A stretch of 64,000 nt of DNA from the NCBI RefSeq assembly GCF_004010195.1, contig NC_057718.1:46497236-46561235 (forward strand). Reading direction: 5' to 3'. A model generated the notes under the pieces. The model was given only the letters and a program-made list of their open reading frames with translations, ran no database searches and had not been told where the DNA came from. This document shows, in pieces, positions 13,218 through 24,480 of this stretch; within the stretch, counting starts at the first letter, position 1; each line of letters opens with the position of its first letter. The stretch is from Chiloscyllium plagiosum (lineage: Eukaryota). A program made the position numbers and the translations under genes.

Positions 13218-13535
13218 CAGGTACACAATGCTTTATCCAAAATTCAAAAATCCAAAAAGCTCTGAAATATCTTTCGTAGAGTGTGGGACATCATTTTGGC
13301 GTGCGAACTGGTGACCAAACTCCACACCCACTCAGATATGACATGGCAGCGTGGCCCAGCATTGACAGGCGTCAACTATGTGTCAGCAGTCGTATTATTC
13401 ACATGTGCATCTGTTTAGGTAATTTTTTTTCCCCACTGCGAAAATGTCATTTATTTCAAAATGTGAAAAATTCCAAATTCCAGAAAACAACTGCTCCCCC
13501 ACACCAAGGATTTCGGATAAAGTACCATATACTGG
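13218..13535. mobile_element. Tigger4/MER46-like MITE
   Basis: Left end caggtacacaatgctttatccaaaattc and right end ggatttcggataaagtaccatatactgg(ta) form imperfect TIRs, with the repeated aaaatcc.aaa subterminal motif typical of Tigger4 derivatives. Confidence 0.7.
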
Positions 13536-15484
13536 TAAATGTAAATATGGTGACCTTTTGAATTAGCTTGCAATCCTATAGAAAGCAAGTCACTGCACAC
13601 TACAATTTTACCTTTGAATATGCACGTACAATACCCACATAATCTTGATATTGATGACCATTCAGAAATCATGCAAGAGGACGAAGACCAGTAGCCTTCT
13701 CTTGCTGAAAAGTTAAAAGTATTAATTGCATGTCCCGAGGGGCTGAAGAACATAAGTCTCGTCTTCTAATTCAAAACCCCAGCCTCACCAAAAAATACCT
13801 AGCGCTGGACATAAAAGCCATTACTGTAATCAGATTCATATCTGCATTTCCACAAGAAAGACATGTCGAGCTTTACTTAATTCCCTCACCCAGTGCTATA
13901 ACTCTCTCCCTTTCCCAAGGGTTTCTCCTACATTGTCCCTTAGCCAGTACTATCCCACACATTCCACCTTCAGTGTCTCCTCCTTGCAACGGGTGTTCTT
14001 ACCTTTCCATCACTAATCCTGTCACTGCTGCATTTCGCTATAACTAAAACTTTCTATTGTTTGCACTCCAGCCAGCTTAGAGACTCCTTTTCTTCATATA
14101 CCAGAGAGAGAAAAATAATTGAACAAATCTTCTGTGAAGCATTGATCAATCTTTGAGTTTAATTAGCCTGCACACAGCACAAAATGATGGAGTCCAATTT
14201 GATTGTGCGAGATTGGAGGTGGGGGGTGGGGTGGTGGTGTTTGAGTGAAGGTCAGAGAAGACTTAGCAGAGACAATCAAATTTCCAATAACCCTGAAAAC
14301 AAGCAAATACATGGAGATCCCATTGTGACAATGTACAGAGACCATATCTTGAAGGCGTTGCAGCAAGTCCAACTTTTAAGGAAATAAGTATGGCTGTACT
14401 TAAAGGTAAAAATATGCAGGAATGGCTACCTTTTAAGATCAATAGATTAACACAGATATGGTGGCTGGAAATGTAGAGATCCAGGCCAGTGTTCTCGGTA
14501 CACAGGTTCAAATTCCATCAACTACTAATTAGTAAAGAAAACAGAGTCAAAATCTATCCTCAGTAATGGTCACTGGGAAACCTGCTGTCATTTTAATGAT
14601 TAACAAAGACCACTGATGTTCAGCTTCCATCATCAGATACTCATACCCAAGACCTTCATGAAGTAAAGCGACTATTTAAAAAAGGAGAAATGCTGACTGA
14701 AAATTGCTGCTGCAATCACCTGACCACAGATTAGGGTGAGCTTTGAGAAACCAGCGAGATACATAAAAGTTTGCACTGAAACGACACTGCCTGCAAAGAC
14801 AGTGAAATCAGACAATTAAATCAGCATCTGGAAACTGGATTCCTGTTTAATTCACATGTATGATAATTTCACATACTGGGAGACGAAAGGCTCATCTGCC
14901 AGTTTGGAAAAACAATGAGCAGACTCAGGAATATACAAATAGACTTTCATCACCAGCTGCTTCTGAGCAGAAGAGACAGGAAACATTGATTTTGTAAAGC
15001 AAGAGTTGAAAGACACTTTCCCCACCTGTGACTCAGCCTCAAAAGCCAATGCCTGGTTTAAAAAAAAAGCAACTTGTAACAACAACCATTTACTGAAAAC
15101 TCAAGATCTACAAACTTCACTGCTGCTGAAAAACAAAGCCTTTGGCTAAACGGCCAGAACACAAATTGAAAATCTAATTCCTCACTGACTTGAAGAATTT
15201 TAATTGCAAGTGCCTTTACCTTGTTTTCTGCATTTATTCTACCCATGTGTGGGGATAAGTGTGGGGGTAACTATTTTCCCTCCCAAAGGGTAACTAATTC
15301 CCTCTCTTTCACTTAGGAAAACCCATCTAATTAATAGGCCCCTTCAATTTGACTGAGTTAACTGAAGTGTGTTAGCTCTGCGGTTACGTAGACTTGCTCC
15401 AACTGCCGACGAGATTAAGATAAAAGAGGGGAATCAATTATCTCTCCTCATCTGCTTATAAAAATAAGTTATTGTCAAAAATTC

Positions 15485-15690
15485 AACTAGTTCACTCCTA
15501 CTCTTTGGGGAAGGAAAACTGTTATCCTTACCTAGTCTGGCCTACATTTGATTCCAAACTTACAACAATGTGGTTAATATTTAACTGCCTTGTGAAGTGG
15601 CTAAGCAAGCACTCAGTCCATGTGCAATTAGGAATGGGCAGTAAACAATGGCCTCATTGGCAATACCTTTATCCCATGAAAGAATAAGTT
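15485..15690 (+). mobile_element. 3' half of a tRNA-derived SINE
   Basis: ccttacctagtctggcctacat...gcaattaggaatgggcagtaaa...atcccatgaaagaataa parallels 44915-45050. Confidence 0.7.
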
Positions 15691-17899
15691 AAAATTAATC
15701 ACCATTTCCTCCAAGCCAGGAAGATGTATATGCATTAGGTCCACTCACACGAGCCTTTTGCTCATCCCTCGCACACCGACTTACTGACATATTTCTTATC
15801 TAGCTGGAGTTACATGACAGCTAGCATTAGCAACAGCACCAACAGGTTTCTCTCTTTCCTAAAACGCAGATGCAGAGGTCAACTGAAACACCATTACTAC
15901 TACCACCTCTGCAGAGCTCAGTTACTAAGAAGATAGTCTTGCTGAGTAATATGGTTTAATGATAAACTGGACAAATCTTAAATAAATGAAAATTGTGGAG
16001 TCCAAGACAGACCAGTGTCAGGTTGAATTTCACAGTACAGTAATCAATTAATTATGTTCTGGACTATTGAAATGTTGCTGGAAGCAGATTCAATATATCT
16101 TTTAAAAGAGAACTGAATACACACATGAATAGGAGGAATTGCAGAGAAATCAAAATTGTACAAAGCACTAGATTAACAGGTAACCTTTGCAAAACCGACA
16201 CAATTACGATAGGCCAAATGACCATCTTGTTGCTGTATCATTCGAACATAATCTAGAAAAATTATAAAATGGTTAGTTCGGAGCCTCTGTGGTACTCTGA
16301 ATTTACTTTTCTACTAATATGGTTGAGGGAGGCAATTTGGTTTGAATACATTCTTTTGTCAGCATAAATCTATTTCTTTCAAAGTTCCCTGGATCCTATT
16401 TTCTGATGATTGACGATGAAGAAGCAGCCTACAGAAAGCAAAATCCTTTCTCTTTGTGATGCAAAGAATTGGGAGCAAAGTTAACCTAAGCTTCCCTCAA
16501 ACATCTCCAAACACCAGTTACAAAGGCACAAGAAAATTGGTTCCAACCACACTTCAGAGGACAATGAATGGGGAGGAAGGAGAAGCGGCAGAAAATTACT
16601 GCAGAAAAACAAGGAAGCATTAAAATAAAAAAGCACCTCAAAATTGAACTACATTTAACTACAGTTAATTAAGGACGGTCAAAAAATGATTTAAGCTCAG
16701 CTCAAATTTATGCAGACTAATTGGTCATCAGTTAATCAAATCATACCCAGTCCATCAATATGGAAACATGCTGCTCTCTCAATTAGATGGACTGTAATTA
16801 TGAGTCAAGGTCTTCTGCTCCATATGCTCATTAATAGGATATAGAGAAGATGCCATTAGAAGATGCTTGCACAGTATTCTCAAGCACATTGATGCAATAG
16901 AGAGCAGCAAAACACTCTGCCATTTAGCAGCAAACAGCAGCTCTTTTTAATTTACTTTATGTTGAGAGCATGATGACTTACAGAGCTGCTGAAACATTCT
17001 GGCAAGCAGGGCAGGAAGAACGGCTAAGAGTTACAGCTGGATGTACACTCATTCGAAGAGATGCACAATTAATTTGGTGCTGCTGTACTTATTGCACTGG
17101 TTAAGATAAATAAACACTGATGTTTCCTGAATTACAAACCATTTTGACACATCTGGAAAAGCCAGGTGCACACATCACTCAGTCATTAGCAGAGAAGAGG
17201 GCTGAACAAGGTGACTTTAAAGTAATTGCCATTCCAAATATGTGAGCTGCGAGAATGGCCTTTCAGTTCTACAAATGATTCCTGAAACCACAACTAATTA
17301 TTTTGTCTTAAAATACCTTGTCCCTGATCCTAATGCACACTCATCTCAAAAAAAAGCAATCTTTCTGGCTTGCTCAGGCAATAGAATTCCACTGAATTCA
17401 GCTGAAGGTCATGTTAAATGGATACCTTCAGCATTTGGAACACTTAATTTCTTTGAGTTTGGCATGGGCAGGTACTATGTGCCATCAAAACATGCAAAGC
17501 AACCCCCACCCCACCTTTCCAACTCCCGGAACCCAATTCCTTTCCAACTCAGAAGACTACAGGGCTTTCTTTATCCAGTGGGCTGCCTGTTAATGCTACA
17601 GTTTCCTAACATTTATTCCTTAGTGGGAAGGGTGGATAGTATGGCCTTCACCATTCCCTGCATACAATTCAGACCTAAAAACCGCATTTCTCAAAGTCAT
17701 CAATAACAACCTCTTTGTGATTATGACTGCACATTGTTATTTTCCTCAAGTTCTCTGCAGCATTACACTGACTATCCATTCCATTAACCTGGGCATTGAC
17801 TGGCATTCAGTTCCACTGTAAACTGTAGCTCAAACCAGTCTCAAAGTCTGTCTTGACAAATAATGGTGACACTCCAATGCAAGACTGAAATGCTATACA

Positions 17900-18186
17900 A
17901 ACAAACAAAGTCTCTTCTGCCTGCAGGTAGAGCATTATTTTAAACATGAGCAGGGGAATTATCCATAGTTCCCTGGCCAATATTTAATCCCACAATCAGT
18001 GTCATAAAAGAATAGAGTATCTGACTTGTGGACACTGTCACATCACTGAGAATTTTGTGTCCAAAATTAATTTCCATGTTTGTTAGTTGAACAGTGACTC
18101 CATTTCAGAAGTAGTTCATTGACTATGAAGTGCTTCCAGACATCTGAAGGTCACGAGGAGTGATCTATGAATGCAAGTCTTTCTTG
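17900..18186 (+). mobile_element. Deu-domain SINE (SacSINE1/AmnSINE1-related)
   Basis: gagcaggggaattatcc...cctggccaatatttaatccc...acagtgact..ttcagaagtagttcattg...aatgcaagtctttctt. Related copies at 47260-47710 and 18590-18700. Confidence 0.7.
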
Positions 18187-20801
18187 TTTCCCTTTTTACT
18201 TGTCCCAGATATACAGAAATAGCTGCATCTTCTAAATTTTATGATCACCTTGTAAATATCCCAAGGATTCGGTGCTCTCCTTTTCCTTGTTTATATACGG
18301 CTCCTCAGAAACATTATCTGTAGAATGAGGCTTGTTCTTATTTTCATCCACTGATGAAATCCATCTCTACCTCACCAGTATCTGCACACAATTCCTGAAT
18401 TTAGAGGTTTAGTCGTTTACAAAATGGAAACAGGCCCTTCGGCCCAACTTGTCCATGCCACCCTGTTTTCACAATTATTCTAGTCCCATTTGGATATGTT
18501 TGATCAACGGTTTCGATGTTGTCAGACTTTCCAATATCTAAGTACCGACTGAGACAACACCCTCTTCCCATTAAGCACTATGAAGACAAAAATCATTGTT
18601 TCCTGTGTTACATCAGGTGACTAACTTCAAAACTACTTCATTGGTTGTAAAGTCCTTTGAGAATTTCACTGGGCATATCAAAGCAAATCTTTCTGGATTT
18701 TTCAAATCAATTCTAGTCATTGCTCATGCTCCGGTCCTCCAGTTGGCTCCCTGGCCCCAGCGCAATGAAATCTTTACCTTCATTTAGAAATCCCTCTAAG
18801 GTCTTAACCTTCCAAGTCACACAATTCCTCCAGACAATCAGTCAGTCCTCCAATTATTGCCTCCCTCACTCATGACAGTTCAGCTCATTGCAACTCTCTC
18901 TCTAAACCCAATTAATTATTGCACTTGTCCCACCATACAACATTTCTTAAAATAAAACCTCTCCAAAGGCTTTTATACTGCTGTTCTTATTTCACCATCT
19001 CTCCAATGTATCCAATGCTTATTTTACTTTACCAACACTTTAGCATCTAATTTAAAATGCTGTTTTTAGATTACTTTAGATTACTTGCTGGAATAGAAAA
19101 TTCAGAGTAGGCTTTGTTTACGCTTACCGACAAGTCTATTAAAAGTAATCCACAAGTTAGTAGGAACAAATATAAACAACGTATCAGTGGTAGCCGATTG
19201 CAGTCTCTCTTGAAATACATCAAAAAATTAAACAGGACTATTGTAATATGTACAGAACACATTCAATCATTGAGAGAGACTTAAATCTCTCCAAATTGTT
19301 CTTCCAACAGTTCAGCAACATAACAGTTAAAATAAACAAGCTTTGGATTAAAAAAAAAATCAATTGAAGGTTCATAATATTGGGGGAAAAAGAACTGAAA
19401 CACAGCTTGTCCTTTCAGGAAATACTTCATTTTTCTACCCTGCCCTATCTTTAACCAAATTGCATTTAGGAATTCCAGATGGCTCTTTATGATGCTCATA
19501 TAACAAAACTGATGACTTGGAGAAGCAACTGAGCACCATTAACATTCACAGGGTGAATGGTTGTGATGGACAGTTTACTTGTTAAATGCACAATAATTAG
19601 GGTTTCGGTTCATCACTGTTTCATATTTCAGTAGTGCAATCAAGATGTGTGTAACTAAGTTTTAATCATTATCATGTCAATTATGTAATAATGTCATTAA
19701 CCAGCTAGTGATCACCAGATTAGTCCAAATTAGCAGAAAGGACAGCAATAAAATATAAATAACTATTACAATGATTTAGATTTATGTTACAGATGTCAAC
19801 ACAAATCTATCAAAAAGACTTTTAGGAAGTGATGAACATTCTAATGTTATATTCTATGCTTCAGGATAATAGGAAAAGCAGGATTTACACACCACCAGTT
19901 AGACAAGTACACACATACTACATATATGTCCTTTTGTAGTAATTTTCCATGTCACCTCAAGACAAACCCAATTTACCTTTTCATTGCACAATACCTTCTG
20001 CTTTTAACAGGATCAAATTCATGCTGTCATTCTCTCAGTTAGAGAGATAAATTGAAACTATATTTATATATCTTAACCTTGGATTTTAAAATAAAATGCA
20101 TGCAAGTGTCGACAAGCCGAAAAAGAGAGTTTAGTCCTTTAGTTACATTGTGGCTAGCTGTGAGTACCACTTAATGATTTAATACAGGAACTAGCGATAT
20201 TTGAAAAGATTTGTAGCTCAGATTGAGGTTCTGGATGTAAGTTTGCTCACTGAGCTAGAAGGTTTGTTGTCAGACATTTCGTGAGCCTTCGTTGATGTGC
20301 TGGTGATATGTCCTGCTTTCTATTTATGTGTTTAGGTTTCTTTGCGTGGGTGATGTCATTTCCGGTTCTTTTTCTCCGAGGATGGTAGATGGGGTCCAAG
20401 TCGATGTGTTTACTGATAGAGTTCCGGTTAGAATGCCATGCTTCAAGAAATTCATGTGAACGTTTGTTTGGCTTGTTCTTGGATGGTTGTGTTGTCCCAG
20501 TCAAAGTGATGTCCTTTTTTGTCTGTATTAAGGATACTAGTGATAGTGGGTCATGTCTTTTTGTAAGCTAGTTGATGCTCATGTATCCTGATGGCTAATT
20601 TTCTGTCTGTTTATCTGATATAGAGTTTGTTACAGTCCTTGCAAGGTATTTTGTAAATTCAATTAGTAAATTTGCTTGTTGTTTGTACAGGGTATTTTAA
20701 CTAGGAGAAAGTGAGGACTGCAGATGCTGTAGATCAGTGCTGAAAAATGTGTTGCTGGAAAAGCGCAGCAGGTCAGGCAGCATCAAAGGAGAAGGAGATT
20801 C

Positions 20802-20829
20802 GATGTTTCGGGCATAAGCCCTTCTTCAG
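20802..20829 (-). ncRNA. Minimal type I hammerhead ribozyme motif (PLE-type)
   Basis: Minus strand reads auuc CUGAAGA A GGGC uuau GCCC GAAA ca UC gaau. Both conserved boxes, stem II and a 4-bp stem I (auuc/gaau) are present. Confidence 0.7.
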
Positions 20830-20974
20830 GAATGAGGAGGGTGTGCCAAGCAGGCGAAGATAAAAGGTAGGGAGGAGGGATTTGGGGAAGGGGCGTTGGG
20901 AATGCAATAGGAAGGAGGTTGAGGTGAGGGTGATAGGTCGGAGAGGGGGTGGGGGCGGAGAGGTCGGGAAGAAA

Positions 20975-21492
20975 NNNNNNNNNNNNNNNNNNNNNNNNNN
21001 NNNNNNNNNNNNNNNNNNNNNNNNNNNNNNNNNNNNNNNNNNNNNNNNNNNNNNNNNNNNNNNNNNNNNNNNNNNNNNNNNNNNNNNNNNNNNNNNNNNN
21101 NNNNNNNNNNNNNNNNNNNNNNNNNNNNNNNNNNNNNNNNNNNNNNNNNNNNNNNNNNNNNNNNNNNNNNNNNNNNNNNNNNNNNNNNNNNNNNNNNNNN
21201 NNNNNNNNNNNNNNNNNNNNNNNNNNNNNNNNNNNNNNNNNNNNNNNNNNNNNNNNNNNNNNNNNNNNNNNNNNNNNNNNNNNNNNNNNNNNNNNNNNNN
21301 NNNNNNNNNNNNNNNNNNNNNNNNNNNNNNNNNNNNNNNNNNNNNNNNNNNNNNNNNNNNNNNNNNNNNNNNNNNNNNNNNNNNNNNNNNNNNNNNNNNN
21401 NNNNNNNNNNNNNNNNNNNNNNNNNNNNNNNNNNNNNNNNNNNNNNNNNNNNNNNNNNNNNNNNNNNNNNNNNNNNNNNNNNNNNNNNNNNN
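20975..21492. other. Assembly gap (518 N)
   Basis: Run of N. Confidence 1.
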
Positions 21493-22718
21493 ACTCCACC
21501 ACCAAGGATATATTTCCCTCCCCACCCCTATCAGCGTTCCGGAAAGACCACTCCCTCCCCAAGTCCCTCCTCTCTACCTTTTATCTTAGCCTGCTTGGCA
21601 CACCCTCCTCATTCCTGAAGAAGGGCTTATGCCCAAAATGTCGATTCTCCTTCTCCTTTGATGCTGCCTGACCTGCTGCGCTTTTCCAGCAACACATTTT
21701 TAAGCACAGGGTATTTTAAGTTCATTAGCTGCTGTTTAAGTGTGCTGGTAGGTTTGTGGGCTACCATGATGTTAAGAGGTCTGAGTAGTCCAGAAGTCAA
21801 ACTTTGGGTCCGCTATGTGGTAACACTTTTGTCATCACCAAACGAAACAAATCAGAGGAAACCTACAACACCAACAATAATACCCTTACTGGCGTAACAG
21901 GAGGAGAACAACAAACTGCCATTCCTAGATATCACAGTAGAACAAACACTCAGTGGGGAACTTCAAACCAGCGTCTACAGGAAAACAACACATATGGACC
22001 AAATACAGGACTACAGAAGCAATCATCCCTACACCCACAAACAAAGCTCCATTAGAACATTATTTCAACGAGCCACCACACACTGCAGGACAGAGGAAGT
22101 ACGAAGAGTAGAAGAGAAATACCTATACAGCATATTCAAAAAGAACGGTACCCAATAAACACAGTCGCCGATTCCTCAGCAACAAACCCAAACAAGTAGC
22201 CACAATGCGCCCAGAAACCCTAGCTACTTTACCGTACATCAAAGACATCTCTGGAATGACTTCCAGACTACTCAGGCCTTTTAAGCATCATGGTAGCCCA
22301 CAAACCTACCAACAGCAACTAATGAACTTAAAATACCCTACGTCATTTACAAAATACCTGGCAAGGACTGTAACAAACACTACATCAGACAAACAGACAG
22401 AAAATTAGCCACCAGGATACATGAACATCAACGAGCCACAAAGGACATGACCCACTATCACTAGTATCCTTACATACAGACCAGGAAGGATACCACTTTG
22501 ACTGGGACAACACATCCATCCTAGGCTAAGCCAAACAGAGACATGCACAAGAATTCCTTGAAGCATGGAGTTCTGGTTGGAATGCCATCAACAAATACAT
22601 CAATTTGGACCCTATCCACCATCCTCTGAGAAAGAACCGGAAATGACATCATCCACCCAAAGAAACCGAAACACAAATAGAAAGGAGGACATACCACCAG
22701 TGCTTCACCAGAGGCTCA

Positions 22719-22752
22719 TTGGTGATATTACCTAGTATGGTGATGAAACGTC
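22719..22752 (+). ncRNA. Degenerate hammerhead motif at the 3' end of the Poseidon-type PLE
   Basis: ttggtga (for CUGAUGA), stem II attacc-tagtat-ggtgat, then GAAA cg UC. The first box carries two substitutions, so the motif is probably inactive. Confidence 0.55.
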
Positions 22753-23079
22753 TGAAAACAAACCTTCCAGCTCAGCAAGCAAACGTACAGTATACAGAAG
22801 CAAGTGCAATATAATGAGAATGTAGGATTACAAGTCTAAGTCCTGTTTTGCTCATGCAATGTTGATTCAACTTTTTTTTCCCCACTTACACAGAAGTTAA
22901 ATTAAATCTTCTTTAATTTGTAAAGCTGGTATCATATCAGTTAAAGTTCTTTCTTTCCATGACACAAGTGATTATTAGTTTTGTAAGTGGTTTCTTAGTA
23001 AATTGAAGTTTCATGTAGGATTCCCTCTCGGTAACATGTATTTTCCTCTATTTTTTTTTTCCCTCACCTACAATAAAAG

Positions 23080-23470
23080 CGCAAAATACTGCCGATGTTG
23101 GAAATCGGAAATAAAATGAGGGAATGCTGCAGAAACCTATTTGGTCTGGCAGCATCAGCAGAGGGTGAAGCAAATTTAATGATTCAAGTCCAGTACAATA
23201 GCCTCACAGAGCAAAAAGCAGCTGGAAAATGGTGGGTTTTATGTTAAAGACCAGAGGGGGTAGTGGAACATATTGTGAAGGAAGGTTAGGGTGCCAAAAG
23301 CAAAAGAAAAAAAGTGGCTACTGATGGTTAAACTCAACATCTTCTCCCTCAGGTTGTAAGGTGCCTTAGTAGAACACAAGGTGTTGTTGCTCTAGCTTGC
23401 ATTCAGCTTAACCAATTCAAAGCATGACCTGTGACCTCCATTTTGATTATAACCTCCACACTCTTCTCCC
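23080..23470 (-). mobile_element. Old Penelope-like remnant
   Basis: aaaatactgccgatgttggaaatc...ggtctggcagcatc, the same terminal motif as 4095-4190 and 24292-24480. Confidence 0.5.
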
Positions 23471-24291
23471 ATCAACTCCCCTCACAACAATCCGCAGAAC
23501 CAGATGTGTCTTGTTGGCTTTGCTCTCAGAACAGCAGATCCATGTTCTCTTTTCCCATACCTGACAATTGCACCTACTTTTTATCTCCATCCCTCCCTTA
23601 CCAACATTCACCATTGTCTGCATCTGCAGCTGGATTTGCTTTTCGGAGTTTGTTATTTACCCAGATAAAGTAGATCTCGCTTTGGCACCGAACACAGGTC
23701 ACGCTAAAAGCATTTGTCCTCACACTCAAAGCTCAGACTGGCTACAGTTGAACTCCATACAGAATTAAATCAACTTTTCGAGAGATGTCCAGCAGCCTTT
23801 TAACTTTGAAAAGAAGTTTTATAATCATTAAAAAGGGTATGGCAAGGAAAACAGCTCTCTATTGCTTTCAGTATAAAAAGTTAAGAAAGCAAAGTACCTC
23901 ATGTGATCCAAATCACACAAACACACACACCCTGACATTACTGCACCTAGGTGGTGGCCAGCTAAGAGGTGACTGTGAATCAAAACAGGATCAGCTGATT
24001 ATACATGATTACTAATGATTACCTTCAGCTCATTGACTCAAGTATTACTGCATCCTCAATTAGAAATCTGGGGAAACTATTTCTTCAAGTTCCTTTTTTT
24101 AAAAAACAAGTCCAGCAGATCTCCCGTGGAATTGCTCATTAACATGAGCAGGTACAGCGTTTTAGAAGAGTAAGAACATTATGCCACAATCTATAACATG
24201 TTATTCTGCCTGAAATGTAACAGTGTCTGCGAGAGGTCACAATTGATGTGTCATCGTACTCTGACATCAGTGAAAGGATAAACATAAATTA

Positions 24292-24480
24292 AAGCAAAAT
24301 ACTGCGAGTGCTGGAGTTCGGAAATAAGAACAAAACATACTGGTGAGACGCAGCAGGACTGTCGGAATCCGTGGAGAGAGAAACTGGAAACATTTTAACT
24401 CCAATAATGACATTTCTTTGGAACTGGACTTCCATTAAAAAAAAGAGTCATATCAGACCTAAAAGAATAACTGCTGATCG
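24292..24480 (-). mobile_element. Old Penelope-like pLTR remnant
   Basis: aagcaaaatactgcgagtgctggagttcggaaataag...cagcagg...gtggagagagaaac. Confidence 0.5.

Larger units (their letters stand above)
20701..21705. mobile_element. Second PLE family (Neptune-like) with inverted termini, nested in the first PLE and spanning the assembly gap
   Basis: 14-bp TSD acagggtattttaa at 20687-20700 and 21706-21719. Arms 20737-20890 and 21555-21705 are reverse complements. ORF remnant TTKDIFPSPPLSAFRKDHSL at 21497-21556 resembles the PLE RT-EN linker. Confidence 0.85.
20200..22790 (+). mobile_element. Penelope-like retroelement (Penelope/Poseidon type), 5'-truncated with an inverted copy of its 3' region; decayed RT and GIY-YIG endonuclease
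   Basis: From about 21800 the + strand reads KLWVRYV(DD)TFVI (RT motif C, frameshifted) and LPFLDI; from about 22348 it reads YKIPGKDCNKHYIRQTDRKLATRIHEHQ...HFDWDNTSILG*AKQRHAQEFLEAW (GIY-YIG). 20235-20700 plus 21720-21798 are the reverse complement of about 22255-22790. Confidence 0.92.

Noticed and set aside
14709..14726. ctgcaatcacctgacca shared with about 63833-63849
   Set aside because: A short match, most likely two old copies of a dispersed repeat. No structure or spacing supports more.
17242..17706. 154-aa + strand ORF
   Set aside because: Non-ATG start, no recognisable domain and no splice context. Expected by chance in 64 kb.
20773..21671. Long ORFs of 235-259 aa
   Set aside because: Artefacts of translating the N gap.
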